Source: Bacillota bacterium
GTDB lineage: Bacteria; Bacillota; Clostridia; Lachnospirales; Lachnospiraceae
Direction of reading: 5' to 3'
Length of the DNA: 64,000 bases
Assembly: GCA_023442465.1 (NCBI GenBank)
Contig: JAEZZQ010000050.1
Coordinates: 14,843-78,842 of the forward strand
Shown: piece by piece, positions 1 through 9,965 of the stretch
How the letters are laid out: each line of letters opens with the position of its first letter
How positions within the stretch are numbered: the first letter of the stretch is position 1
Notes under the pieces: generated by a model
Databases searched by the model: none
Seen by the model: the letters and a program-made list of their open reading frames with translations, nothing else
What the model was told of the DNA's origin: nothing
Made by a program: the position numbers and the translations under genes

Positions 1-1
1 T

Positions 2-292
2 ATCTTTACCCTTTCATTCCTCTTTACGTATATGGATAGTGGAGCGAATCTGGTAAGAATATATAGAGAGAGCGAGGAAAGATTTGCCTATATCGAAGAG
101 CAGAAGGCGACAGGCAATATGGATATTACCGTACCGTTGCTGCGTCCGGCCTTTGAGACAAAGTACAGCGACGCTTACAATTCCGAACTCAGTGAGGACA
201 GCGGTTATTGGGTAAACGTCGCGTATGCTACTTATTATGAGGTGAACAGTATCTCGGCGGTTCCGAGAGAAGATTGGGAGCAATTAAAGTAA
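2..292 (+). CDS. 3' end of a CDS entering from upstream of the window. Function unknown; probably the C-terminal soluble tail of a membrane protein.
   Basis: Frame 2 is open from base 2 to the stop at 290-292. No catalytic motif recognised. Confidence 0.45.
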   Translation: MFTLSFLFTYMDSGANLVRIYRESEERFAYIEEQKATGNMDITVPLLRPAFETKYSDAYNSELSEDSGYWVNVAYATYYEVNSISAVPREDWEQLK

Positions 293-1549
293 ATAAAATA
301 ATATCGTGCGCAGGAGCTTATATACAGAGGTGAAGAATACGGGGGCGTCCGGCAGAAGCGTCGTCTGGAACTTGCTTAAGGAAGCCATCCAGAGTCCTGC
401 AGCGATAAACACATAAGGATGCTTGTGAAAGCAGGTCCGAAGCTCTGTAAGGCCTGCCAGAACCACAGTATCCTTTTTTGCAGCCAGAAGGACGATTTGC
501 AGTGCCTGAACCGTAAGAAAGGCGCCGAACCACCGTCCCCAGTCGATGGCGAGCCAAAAGGCCGGCACGAAACACAGCTGGCTTAATAAAAACAGCGAAT
601 ATTTTAATTTCGCCGCACCTGCCGCCTTTAAGATGCGATTCCAAAGGTAACCATAGATAAGAGCTAAGGGCGACAGAAGAAAAATAGTTACTGCGCCGTA
701 GCGAATGCGTTCCGAGAGCTGGTTTAGCATGAGCTCGTAAAAGGCAGTGTCGATAGTGCAGAAATATTCATAACGGAGCGCTGTTTCGTTTACATTCATG
801 TCCGTTCTGGAGGACAAGAGTGCGGTAAGATCCTTCAATGTGCTGATATTAAGATGAGAGAAGACCTGCAGATAAACAAAAGCTACACACAAAAGAAAAA
901 GACCCAGGATTCCCAGAACAAAATCGGATTTTCTGCACTTTTCCGAGACAGTATCCACAAACATGGTAAATAAAAGAGGCAAGAAAATAAACATAAATAC
1001 TTGGTGAACGCACAGAGCTATAAGGCCGATAATGGTAAAGGAAATCAGCCGCATTGTCACGGAAGGTATTTTTATGTAAAGAATGGCTGCGAAAACGGTC
1101 AGTATAATGAGATATAGGTCAAACCGCCCCATATTTTCGCTCGTCCACAGATAGGCAGGAGAGCCGGGGCCCAGCAGATAAAGCGTGATGAGAAGGAGCA
1201 AGGACGTGTTTGCAGGCAGTTTGTCTGTCCTTCTTAGAGCGAAGCCGAGAACGTAGGAAAGCAGTATCAGAAATACGATAATGGAGCAAAAAACAAAGGC
1301 ATATGCGCTTTCGGCAGGCAGATAGCCGGGATAAAATAAACGCAGCAGTGAGCCGATAAGAAGCCTGGAATCGAAGCCAAGGGAATAGTCCATGACATAC
1401 CAGCCACTGTTCCAATCGTGAAGCGCGGACGGTGCCGAACTAAGAAAGGATAGAAGAAGAAAGATAAAAATGCAGCCTTCCCTTCGGAAAGAGTAACATC
1501 TGGATAAAAACTTATGAATAAATACTTTGCTTTTTGTGGTGGTTATCAT
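284..1549 (-). CDS. Polytopic integral membrane protein, function unknown
   Basis: The 421-aa ORF is made of many long hydrophobic segments and has no soluble domain. It lies in a glycan-modification neighbourhood. Confidence 0.6.
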   Translation of the reverse strand: MITTTKSKVFIHKFLSRCYSFRREGCIFIFLLLSFLSSAPSALHDWNSGWYVMDYSLGFDSRLLIGSLLRLFYPGYLPAESAYAFVFCSIIVFLILLSYVLGFALRRTDKLPANTSLLLLITLYLLGPGSPAYLWTSENMGRFDLYLIILTVFAAILYIKIPSVTMRLISFTIIGLIALCVHQVFMFIFLPLLFTMFVDTVSEKCRKSDFVLGILGLFLLCVAFVYLQVFSHLNISTLKDLTALLSSRTDMNVNETALRYEYFCTIDTAFYELMLNQLSERIRYGAVTIFLLSPLALIYGYLWNRILKAAGAAKLKYSLFLLSQLCFVPAFWLAIDWGRWFGAFLTVQALQIVLLAAKKDTVVLAGLTELRTCFHKHPYVFIAAGLWMASLSKFQTTLLPDAPVFFTSVYKLLRTILFYLL

Positions 1550-1698
1550 GTGTATACCTCCGGTATTTTATAAAGTTAACTGTAACACACCTCCTCTCGT
1601 TTGACAATTCGGTTTATATGCAGTTGGAAGTTTTTGACATTGGGCGTAGCATGTATTAATATTGTGTAGGAAGATTGAAAGAATTTTGAAGGAGTACG

Positions 1699-3726
1699 AT
1701 GATAAAGATGAAAAAGAAGCTTGTTGACAATAAGTCGGTATGGATTTGCGCGCTGCTGGGGGCGGTAGTATTTGTATTGATTTACGGTGTACATATTTTG
1801 AATCCCTGTTATACAGACTGGCTTATGATCAGTGAAGACGGAGATTTGACTCAGCATTATCTTGGCTGGAAGTTTTTCAGGCATGCGAGCTGGAAATTTC
1901 CTTTTGGACTCATCGATACGATAGCGTATCCCAATGCGACCTCGGTTATCTTTACCGATTCTATTCCTCTCTTTGCGGTGTTTTTTAAAGCGATTCGGTT
2001 TCTGCTGCCGGCACAGTTCCAGTATTTTGGATGGTTCGGCCTCTTATGCTTCATGCTTCAGGGGGGGATCGGTGCAGTTCTCGTGAAGAAATATTTAAAG
2101 AACGATTTTTTGATAGTGTTGGGAGGTATGTTATTTATACTGAGTCCTGCATTTATTGACAGAATGTACTGGATGACGTCTCTTTCCGCTCATTTTTTAT
2201 GTCTGCTGGCTCTTACATTTATCGTATATTATGATGAAATGTTTGGGGAGACGAGGAATGCACTGGTTGGCTGGGCAATATTAGGAGCGCTGTGCGCAAG
2301 TATTCATATATATTTTTTACCCATGTGCGGAATTATCCTGCTCGGATTTATGTTAATCGATTTTGTAAGGGGAAAGAAGAAGTGGAGAGTGCTGCTGCCG
2401 CTTTTATCCTACATAGGAGCAGCATCGGCTGTAGTTTTCCTCTTAGGCGGCTTTGGCTCGGGAATGAAGGCCGGGAACGATGGAGTAGGGTATTACAGCT
2501 TCAACTTGAATGGATTTTTTAATCCCCAAGGCTGGTCAGGCTATTGGAAGGACATGCCTTATACGGACAGCCAGTACGAGGGCTTTGCTTACTTAGGGCT
2601 TGGAATTTTGGTGTTGTTTTTTATCTCTTTTGTTCTATGGATAGGAAGTATAGCGATGAAGAAGGTGCGGATATCTATATGGATGAAGGATCATGTTCAG
2701 GAGCTTTCCTATGCGCTTATCATAGTGGTCACACTCATTGTATCTGCTTCCAATATCGTAATGTACAACGACAAGGTATTATATGAGCTGCCCGTTTCCG
2801 GGTTTGTTTATAAAATGTGGAGCGTTTTCCGGGCTACAGGACGCTTGATATGGCCGGTAGTTTATCTGCTCGTGCTTGGCGCAATATGTCTGGATATAAA
2901 GGTGATCGGTAAGCGGACGAAGGGGATTTTGCTGACGCTTTGCATGCTTTTACAGATTGCGGATATCAGGGGAATGCTGGCACAGAAGAATGAGGTATAC
3001 AATAAAGTGGACAGCTACCAGACCTTATTGCCCTCAGAGGTTTGGAGAATGCTCGCTGAGGAGACAGATGCAGAGCATATATGCTTCGTATCGGATGTGG
3101 CAAACAGCAGGAAGCTATTGTTTTCCTTCGGCGATTACGGGTCGAATTACGGGCTGACCTTGAGCGATTTTTACTTTGCACGTTCTATCGGGGATAAGAA
3201 AGTCATGGCACTGGATATGGCTTTGCAAGAGCTTCCGGCAGATACTGTTTTTGTCTTTTTCAAAAACGAGGCACAGAAATGTCTGAATTACGAAATGAAT
3301 TATTATGAGGTAGACGGACTGATTGTCGGATGCAGTGTTCCTCTCGGAGATATGGAGCTTCTTACCGGGAAGGATTTGACCACCTACCGCTATGAGCTTG
3401 AAAGCGGCCAGTTCATGAATAACGGAGAGGTAGTGGACGGCACATGGAACATCCATTCCTATGGAAATACTTATGGGCCGTATCTAAATGCGGAAGCGGG
3501 AAAATATAAGTTTACGGTAACGGGAAGCAATCTCGCATCCACAGAGGTAAAATGCTATTACGGCAGCGGAAATAAGAACCTCGAACCGCAGAATGTAATT
3601 CTTGGGGACACGCAGGTGTCTTATGAGGTTGAGCTTTCCGAGCACGCTGATGATCTGGAATTTGCCTTGTGGAATATAGGTGGTGCAGATATGGTCGTTT
3701 CCGGCATCGTGATTGAAAAGGAATAG
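1699..3726 (+). CDS. Large membrane protein with an N-terminal multi-TM region and a C-terminal extracytoplasmic domain (DUF6311-like; possible GT-C-type glycan-modifying enzyme)
   Basis: 675-aa ORF with a GAAGGAG RBS at 1688-1694. The N-terminal half is hydrophobic and the C-terminal roughly 250 aa are soluble. The family name is from memory of the GDLxQHYLGW-type N-terminus. Confidence 0.6.
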   Translation: MIKMKKKLVDNKSVWICALLGAVVFVLIYGVHILNPCYTDWLMISEDGDLTQHYLGWKFFRHASWKFPFGLIDTIAYPNATSVIFTDSIPLFAVFFKAIRFLLPAQFQYFGWFGLLCFMLQGGIGAVLVKKYLKNDFLIVLGGMLFILSPAFIDRMYWMTSLSAHFLCLLALTFIVYYDEMFGETRNALVGWAILGALCASIHIYFLPMCGIILLGFMLIDFVRGKKKWRVLLPLLSYIGAASAVVFLLGGFGSGMKAGNDGVGYYSFNLNGFFNPQGWSGYWKDMPYTDSQYEGFAYLGLGILVLFFISFVLWIGSIAMKKVRISIWMKDHVQELSYALIIVVTLIVSASNIVMYNDKVLYELPVSGFVYKMWSVFRATGRLIWPVVYLLVLGAICLDIKVIGKRTKGILLTLCMLLQIADIRGMLAQKNEVYNKVDSYQTLLPSEVWRMLAEETDAEHICFVSDVANSRKLLFSFGDYGSNYGLTLSDFYFARSIGDKKVMALDMALQELPADTVFVFFKNEAQKCLNYEMNYYEVDGLIVGCSVPLGDMELLTGKDLTTYRYELESGQFMNNGEVVDGTWNIHSYGNTYGPYLNAEAGKYKFTVTGSNLASTEVKCYYGSGNKNLEPQNVILGDTQVSYEVELSEHADDLEFALWNIGGADMVVSGIVIEKE

Positions 3727-3735
3727 ATAATAAGG

Positions 3736-4797
3736 CTAATCAGCAGGATGCCAGTTAGGGTCACCACTATGAATAGGATCGTTGTTTTGAAGAAATTCCC
3801 GGTATTCGGGAATTTCTTCTTTTATGGTATTCATAAATACGATGGAGCCCTCTGTATTTAAGTGGTCCGCATCTGAAAAGTACTCCAGATGTCTGGTAAA
3901 GCGCTCGTCCTGCGAATAATCATAATAAGGAATACCGGTAGCATCCGTTATAGCATGAATGGTACTGTAAAACTCTGCTTTGAATTCAGAGGAAACCATA
4001 TCAGTATAATATGAGGTGTAGGGCGTAGTGATGAGTACGGGAGTAATATCGTTTTCCATACAGAGATTTATAATGTCATACAAATTGTCTATGCGCTCCT
4101 GCATGAAATATTCGTCTTTGTTTTCCATATGTCTTTGATACCGGTTCATAGCTTTTTCATAAAACTGAGTCTCCGACTCTGTTTTTGCTTCCTCGGAAGT
4201 GGGGATGCTGCTTTCTGAGGCAAAGGCTTTTAGAGGCATGAACGAATACAAAACACTTGAGGGAAAAATTTTCACAATATCCTCTCCGGCGGACAGAATG
4301 GGCAGCCTATGTGTTACCAAATCGATATAAGGGCTATAGTCGGGGATATACCGAGGAGAGAGGAAAGTGTAATATTTAGCGTTCAGGGATTGCATTTCCG
4401 TTTCGTTAACCACTTCGTTATTAAAGGAAAAGTAAGAAATCGGAATGAACAGAATGCTGTCTTCTGCAAAATGCTCCCTATACATGGAGAGTATTGCGAG
4501 GTCATAGTTATAGGTCTGACTCGCCATGGCGAAGTTGAAGCATTCGTAGCCACCCTGTTTTGTCAGCTCCTCATAATAAAAAGCGTATTCTCCATGAGAG
4601 CTGCCGATATTGGCGATCTGGATATTGTTATAGTTGGAATTCATATAGTCGAACTTGTGCGCATCGGCATAAGGGTCTTCCATCACTTGCTTATAGCGGT
4701 AATTTAACAGCAGAAGAAACAAAAAGGCAATGCCGCTTACTGCGATACATTTCACGATAAAATATAGGTAAGACTTTTTCATAAGCTGCTCCATCAA
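3736..4797 (-). CDS. DltD-like / SGNH-fold extracytoplasmic acyltransferase partner of the upstream MBOAT
   Basis: It has an N-terminal TM anchor, an IGSSHG serine motif and a C-terminal SDADHLN (DxxH) block. Its start overlaps the MBOAT stop by 4 nt (ATGA coupling). Confidence 0.65.
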   Translation of the reverse strand: MMEQLMKKSYLYFIVKCIAVSGIAFLFLLLLNYRYKQVMEDPYADAHKFDYMNSNYNNIQIANIGSSHGEYAFYYEELTKQGGYECFNFAMASQTYNYDLAILSMYREHFAEDSILFIPISYFSFNNEVVNETEMQSLNAKYYTFLSPRYIPDYSPYIDLVTHRLPILSAGEDIVKIFPSSVLYSFMPLKAFASESSIPTSEEAKTESETQFYEKAMNRYQRHMENKDEYFMQERIDNLYDIINLCMENDITPVLITTPYTSYYTDMVSSEFKAEFYSTIHAITDATGIPYYDYSQDERFTRHLEYFSDADHLNTEGSIVFMNTIKEEIPEYREFLQNNDPIHSGDPNWHPAD

Positions 4798-6245
4798 AAC
4801 TGAAAATAATAGAATTCAGTCGATACTCCTTTCTCCGAAAATAAAAGAATGACGAGTAAAAATAAGATATAAACCGGGTAACGCACCCAGATTTTCTTCG
4901 AGGAAATATAGGAAATAACGTCTGTTTTCAGGGAGGCGTAATCGTAAATTCCAAGTAAAATCACGGGGATAGAGATATACACCATATGAGTATAAGTCAT
5001 ATCCAGGCAAATCACCGCTGTTTTCAAATATTCATTCAAATCATTGATTTGAAAAAGGCTTAAGCTGATCATTCGCCATGCATCCGCAAGGCTGCCTGCA
5101 CGGAAGAAAATCCATGCAAAGCAAACAAGAAAAAAGGTCAGAATGAGAGAGAAAAAGCTTAAGAAGCCTTTGCGGCGAACTATGTTTTTTCCTCTTTTGC
5201 GATGAAATAACAGGTTTTCTATAATTTGATAAAGGCCATGCAGTCCTCCCCATATGAGAAAGGTCAATCCTGCGCCATGCCAGAGACCGCTTACCAAAAA
5301 TGTAATCATCAAATTCAAAGCATGCCGGAGCCGGCCGACCCGATTGCCGCCCATAGGAATATATAAATAGTCTCGAAACCAGGTAGAAAGGGATATGTGC
5401 CAGCGGCTCCAGAATTCCTTTATGCTATGGGAAAAATAAGGACTCTTGAAGTTCTGTGTCAGTTCGATTCCAAACAGCATAGCAGTACCTACTGCGATAT
5501 CCGTATAGCCGGAAAAGTCGCAGTAAATTTGAATGGAGAACATAATCGTAACGATGATGTAAACCAAGCCAATATAGCTATTTACGTTGTCGAATACGGA
5601 ATCCACGCTGGATACGAGCAGATTAGCAACCACCAGTTTCTTAAAATAACCGACAGCCATAAGCTTTAATCCGTAAGCAGCCTTGGAGGAATCGAAGAGA
5701 CGTACTTCCTTAAATTGAGGAAGCAGCTTGTCTCCCCGTCCGATGGGGCCGGATAGAAGTTGGGGGAAAAAGGAGACAAATAAACTGTAATAACCGAAGT
5801 GCTTTTCCGCCGGGTACTTGCCCTTATATACGTCGATCAGATATCCGAGTGTCTGAAAAGTATAGAATGAAATTCCCACGGGCAGCATAAGCTTTAGGGT
5901 AGGGGTCTGTATTGGAATAGAAAATGACCGCATAGCGGCATTGATAATTTCGAAGAAAAAGTCTAAATACTTATATAGAAAGAGAATTCCTGTCAAAGAA
6001 AGAACTCCTGCTAAAAGCTCAATTCTTTTGGTGTGCAGGCTTTTTGCAGAGCCGAAGCTTCTGGCTAACAAATAAGAAACCGCGGTGCCAAACAGCAGGA
6101 GGAATACATACCGTACATCAAGGCTCATATAAAAATAATAACTGACCGCTAATAAAAAGATATATCGGTATTTAGAAGGACATATCCAGTATAATATAAA
6201 AACTATAGGTAAAAATATGGCAAAGGCCATAGAATTAAATAGCAT
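4794..6245 (-). CDS. MBOAT family O-acyltransferase (DltB/AlgI-like), copy 1
   Basis: 483-aa multi-TM protein with the conserved FWSRWHISLSTWFRDYLYIPMGGNR histidine motif. Confidence 0.9.
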   Translation of the reverse strand: MLFNSMAFAIFLPIVFILYWICPSKYRYIFLLAVSYYFYMSLDVRYVFLLLFGTAVSYLLARSFGSAKSLHTKRIELLAGVLSLTGILFLYKYLDFFFEIINAAMRSFSIPIQTPTLKLMLPVGISFYTFQTLGYLIDVYKGKYPAEKHFGYYSLFVSFFPQLLSGPIGRGDKLLPQFKEVRLFDSSKAAYGLKLMAVGYFKKLVVANLLVSSVDSVFDNVNSYIGLVYIIVTIMFSIQIYCDFSGYTDIAVGTAMLFGIELTQNFKSPYFSHSIKEFWSRWHISLSTWFRDYLYIPMGGNRVGRLRHALNLMITFLVSGLWHGAGLTFLIWGGLHGLYQIIENLLFHRKRGKNIVRRKGFLSFFSLILTFFLVCFAWIFFRAGSLADAWRMISLSLFQINDLNEYLKTAVICLDMTYTHMVYISIPVILLGIYDYASLKTDVISYISSKKIWVRYPVYILFLLVILLFSEKGVSTEFYYFQF

Positions 6246-6452
6246 AAATTACCTCAATACTTTCCTAAAATAATAATAACATATTATAGTTGATTTTAAA
6301 AGCTATGGCAATTAGCATTAAGTATCAATTTTTATACTTATCAGTCCATATTATGTCTATTTATATTAAAACAAACATTTATTAAGTTTTTTTTAAGTCC
6401 TTGGGAATAATTCCTTAATTATTCGGCAGAAAAAGTTATTGATGAAAAAATA

Positions 6453-6461
6453 TGTTATAAT
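6453..6461 (+). promoter_or_regulatory. Candidate extended -10 promoter (TGTTATAAT) for the SGNH lipoprotein gene and downstream genes
   Basis: TGnTATAAT lies about 70 nt upstream of the 6533 start in an AT-rich divergent intergenic region. The -35 is weak. Confidence 0.4.
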
Positions 6462-6532
6462 TTCAGTGTGCACATAAGATGGTCTGATTTATACGTTGTA
6501 ACTAAAATTTATGAATTCCGGGAGGAATAATA

Positions 6533-7549
6533 ATGAGGAGAAAAATGAAAAAGTATATTCTCTTAGCAATGCTTCTGCTTATTGCAGGCTGCGGGACAGC
6601 AGCGAAAAAGCAGGACATGGGAGAGGAGACATCGCAGGGAGCGGTAACCGTGCAGGAAATTCCCCAGGCGACGGAAGAAATGAATAAGGAAAATGAGAAG
6701 GAACGGGAAGAATCGCAGCCTGAGGAAGGAACTATTGTCGTTTCGCCGGGAGATTTGATCGAACCTGAAATCGAGGAGAAGGAAGTAACAGAAGCGGTTC
6801 CGGAAGTATCGGACGGTGGCCGCCTGCAGATAGTCTTTCTTGGAGACAGCATTCTGGACGGTTACCGGAATGAGACCGGAATCGCAGCAATTACCGGAAA
6901 TTTGTGCAATGCTGATGTGTACAATCTCGCTATGGGAGGAACGACGGCAGCTTTATCTCAATATGAAGGCGCTGTATTTGAAGATTGGAGTTCCCGCAGC
7001 TTGCAGGGAGTGGTGCATGCGATATGCGGGAACGTAGATGCAGGCATATTGAATGGTTATCGTGCAGGAGAGGTATTTGCCACCTGTGATTTCAGCCAAA
7101 CAGATTATTTTGTCATTGAATATGGAATGAACGATTTCCTTAGCGCGATTCCAATCAATAACGATTCCAGTACCAATCAGGAATACACCTATGTAGGAGC
7201 CTTAAGGATTGCCATTAACTGGCTGCGCAGCAGTTATCCCGATGCACAGATTGTTTTGTGTTCTCCGAACTATGCACAGTTTTGGGGAAAGGACGGAGCT
7301 TATCTGGGAGACGGTAACATGGTGGATAACGGAGGAGGCACGCTGGCAGCCTACTATCGCGTGTGCGGCAATGTTTCCGCGGATGAGCATACATTATTCC
7401 TAAATGCATACGAAGGAATCGGCTTAGATACCTATTCGGCGGATGAGTATTTGGAAGACGGCATCCATTTGTCGGAAAAAGGCCGCAGGAAATATGCGGA
7501 GAAGCTTTCGGAAGTTATTTTAGGATATGAAGAAACAAGAAATAATTAA
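6533..7549 (+). CDS. Secreted SGNH/GDSL hydrolase lipoprotein (esterase or acyltransferase)
   Basis: Lipobox LLIAGC; block I FLGDSILDG; block III YGMNDF; block V EDGIHLSEKG. The RBS GGGAGGA lies 7 nt upstream. Confidence 0.85.
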   Translation: MRRKMKKYILLAMLLLIAGCGTAAKKQDMGEETSQGAVTVQEIPQATEEMNKENEKEREESQPEEGTIVVSPGDLIEPEIEEKEVTEAVPEVSDGGRLQIVFLGDSILDGYRNETGIAAITGNLCNADVYNLAMGGTTAALSQYEGAVFEDWSSRSLQGVVHAICGNVDAGILNGYRAGEVFATCDFSQTDYFVIEYGMNDFLSAIPINNDSSTNQEYTYVGALRIAINWLRSSYPDAQIVLCSPNYAQFWGKDGAYLGDGNMVDNGGGTLAAYYRVCGNVSADEHTLFLNAYEGIGLDTYSADEYLEDGIHLSEKGRRKYAEKLSEVILGYEETRNN

Positions 7550-7572
7550 TATTTGAACAATGCAATGTAAGA

Positions 7573-7601
7573 TTGCGGCAAATAGTAAAATATGTTAAAA
7601 T
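7573..7601 (+). promoter_or_regulatory. Candidate sigma-A promoter TTGCGG-17-TAAAAT with a TG extension
   Basis: Hexamers are at 7573-7578 and 7596-7601 with TG at 7593-7594, upstream of the FkbH-like gene. Confidence 0.35.
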
Positions 7602-7605
7602 ACAA

Positions 7606-7633
7606 GGCGGATGTTTTAGCATCCGTCTTTTTT
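7606..7633 (+). terminator. Rho-independent terminator-like hairpin after the SGNH lipoprotein gene
   Basis: The stem GGCGGATG / CATCCGTC (one G-T pair) has the loop TTTTAG and is followed by TTTTTT. Confidence 0.55.
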
Positions 7634-7720
7634 CATGTAATTAGGAAAGTGGACGAGGCCTCCTTTTGTTCATCCGGAAAAAGAACTGATTCTAAAAAGA
7701 GTTTGCAGGAGAAGCATAGA

Positions 7721-9508
7721 GTGAAAGAATTGAAATATCCATTTGACAGCGAATATATTTTAAAAAAATCCAGGAAGCTTAGGCGTGAGCTTTTGGAAAA
7801 TGCCGTGCCGCGCCTTAAGAAAAAGATAGCGGTACTGGGCGGGAGCACCACCCATGACATCGTACGTATGCTGGAGCTGTTTCTTTTGGATCAGGGAATC
7901 GAATCGGAATTTTATGAATCGGAATACGGGCAGTATTTTCAGGAAGCTATGTTCGAAAATGAGGAACTTTCTTCCTTTGCGCCGGATATTATCTTTTTCC
8001 ATACGAGTAACCGGAACATTGCGGCATATCCGCAGATAGACGACAGCAAAGAGCAGGTCGAAGAGCTGTTAGCGGAGCAATACGGATATTTTTCCGGTAT
8101 GTGGGACAAGCTGAGAGATACGTATCATTGCCCAATCATACAGAATAACTTCGAATATCCATTCTATCGCATGCTGGGAAATAAAGATGCCAGTGACATT
8201 CATGGACGCATTCGTTTTATCACGAGATTGAACGAGCAGTTTTATGATTATGCACAGAATCATGAAAATTTTTATATTAACGATATAAATTATATGGCAG
8301 CGGCTTACGGCCTCGACAGATGGTCGGATCCTTTTTACTGGCATATGTATAAGTACTGCATGTGTATGCAGGCGATTCCAGAGTTCGCATTTAATTTATC
8401 CAATATTATTAAAGCTGTTTTCGGCAAAAATAAAAAGGCTCTGGTATTGGATCTGGATAATACGCTGTGGGGCGGCATTGTGGGAGATGACGGAGCCGAG
8501 AATTTGGAAATCGGTCAGGAGACTTCCCTTGGACAGGTGTATTCCGAGTTCCAGGCATATATAAAAGCGCACAAGGAAATCGGAGTAATGCTCAATGTGA
8601 GCTCCAAGAACGAAGAGGAGAATGCACTTGCCGGCCTGAGCCACCCGGAAGGAATTTTGAAGCCCGAAGATTTTATTCTCATAAAGGCTAATTGGGAGCC
8701 GAAGAGCATGAACATAGACGCGATTGCCTCGGAGCTGAATATTTTACCGGACAGCCTTGTGTTCGTAGACGATAATCCTGCGGAGCGGGAGATTGTCAGT
8801 GTGGATGTACCGGGAGTAGCCGTGCCGGACATAGGAAGACCGGAACAATACATTCATATTCTTGATCGCTCCGGCTTCTTCGAAGTAACGGGGCTTTCGC
8901 AGGACGATAGAAAGAGAAACGAAATGTATAAGGCCAATTTGCTCCGTGAAAAGCAGCAGGCAGGATTCGCAGATTACTCGCAGTACCTCCGCTCTCTTAG
9001 CATGCATGCAGTCATAAAGGCCTTCGAGCCGATGTACATGTCGAGAATTGCCCAGCTTACTAATAAAAGCAATCAATTCAATTTGACGACCAAAAGATAT
9101 ACTCAAAGCGAAATCGAGCAGACTGCAGCGTCTGCAGAACACATCGCCCTTTATGGCAGGCTTGAGGATAAATTCGGAGATAACGGAATAGTTTCCGTTG
9201 TCATAGGGCGGAAGGAAAGCGAAGCGCTGCATATAGAATTATGGATTATGAGCTGCCGTGTACTGAAAAGAGATATGGAATACGCCATGATGGACTGTCT
9301 TGTGCAGGAGTGTAAAAAGGAAGGCCTGCATACGATCTTAGGCTATTACTATCCTACGGCTAAAAATCAAATGGTAAAAAACTTCTATGATTTACAAGGC
9401 TTCAGCAAGATAGAAGAGGATTCCGAAGGGAATACTACATGGGAATATAAAATTCCCGAAAACTATGAAAATAAGAATAAGGTCATAGAAGTATATGGAA
9501 AAAATTGA
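7721..9508 (+). CDS. FkbH-like HAD-superfamily IIIC enzyme with a GNAT-like C-terminal domain (candidate ACP-loading enzyme)
   Basis: HAD motif I is VLDLDNTLWGG. There is a flavodoxin/SGNH-like N-domain (IAVLGGSTTHD) and a GNAT-like C-terminal fold. The preferred start is GTG 7721, with AGGAG at 7707-7711. The longer ATG 7592 ORF would run through the terminator hairpin. Confidence 0.8.
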   Translation: MKELKYPFDSEYILKKSRKLRRELLENAVPRLKKKIAVLGGSTTHDIVRMLELFLLDQGIESEFYESEYGQYFQEAMFENEELSSFAPDIIFFHTSNRNIAAYPQIDDSKEQVEELLAEQYGYFSGMWDKLRDTYHCPIIQNNFEYPFYRMLGNKDASDIHGRIRFITRLNEQFYDYAQNHENFYINDINYMAAAYGLDRWSDPFYWHMYKYCMCMQAIPEFAFNLSNIIKAVFGKNKKALVLDLDNTLWGGIVGDDGAENLEIGQETSLGQVYSEFQAYIKAHKEIGVMLNVSSKNEEENALAGLSHPEGILKPEDFILIKANWEPKSMNIDAIASELNILPDSLVFVDDNPAEREIVSVDVPGVAVPDIGRPEQYIHILDRSGFFEVTGLSQDDRKRNEMYKANLLREKQQAGFADYSQYLRSLSMHAVIKAFEPMYMSRIAQLTNKSNQFNLTTKRYTQSEIEQTAASAEHIALYGRLEDKFGDNGIVSVVIGRKESEALHIELWIMSCRVLKRDMEYAMMDCLVQECKKEGLHTILGYYYPTAKNQMVKNFYDLQGFSKIEEDSEGNTTWEYKIPENYENKNKVIEVYGKN

Positions 9509-9576
9509 AAGCCAGTAAGGCGTGAAAGCAAGTCCCACACAACGTGGCTTACTGCATGAAAAGGAAGGAAATAATT

Positions 9577-9816
9577 ATGACGAGAGAAGAAGTATTTAAG
9601 ACTTTAAGCGAAGTGTTTCAGGACGTATTTGACGATGAAACTATTACAGTGAATGAAACGACTACTTCAGAGGATATCGAAGATTGGGATTCTCTGGAGC
9701 ATATTAATCTGATTGCTGCAGTAGAGCAGGAATTCGGTATGAAATTTACCATGGGGCAAGTAGTCACGATGAAGAATGTAGGCGAAATGGCTGATATTAT
9801 TATCAGCCGGATTTAA
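9577..9816 (+). CDS. Acyl carrier protein (about 79 aa)
   Basis: It has the phosphopantetheine attachment motif DWDSLEHINL and is acidic. The RBS AAGGAAGGAA precedes ATG 9577. Confidence 0.85.
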   Translation: MTREEVFKTLSEVFQDVFDDETITVNETTTSEDIEDWDSLEHINLIAAVEQEFGMKFTMGQVVTMKNVGEMADIIISRI

Positions 9817-9828
9817 GCGAATCGTTAA

Positions 9829-9962
9829 GGTTACTGTTCACACAGTAGATTAACACTTGCTGTTAAGCTACGTAAGAATGTGATGCAAGAGATGATTTCT
9901 GCTTCGCGAAGCGAATTTGAATGCAGAAATCGTGAGTTACTTTGAACGGAGTGAACAGTAAC
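9829..9962 (+). mobile_element. MITE-like repeat, family 1, copy 1 (terminal inverted repeats GTTACTGTTCAC / GTGAACAGTAAC)
   Basis: The element is about 133 bp and near-identical to the copies at 38546, 42731 and 56035. It fills the gap between the convergent ACP and VOC genes. Flanking 7-mers are TCGTTAA and GCGTTAG (5/7 match). Confidence 0.8.
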
Positions 9963-9965
9963 GCG

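Noticed and set aside
7592-7720. N-terminal extensions of track ORFs (7592, and likewise 9544, 12124, 27561, 37364, 38638, 41089, 41607, 49374, 51452, 53243, 54864, 59020)
   Set aside because: The extended parts cross terminator hairpins, repeats or the preceding gene and lack an RBS. In each case an internal start with a GGAG-type RBS gives the canonical N-terminus.
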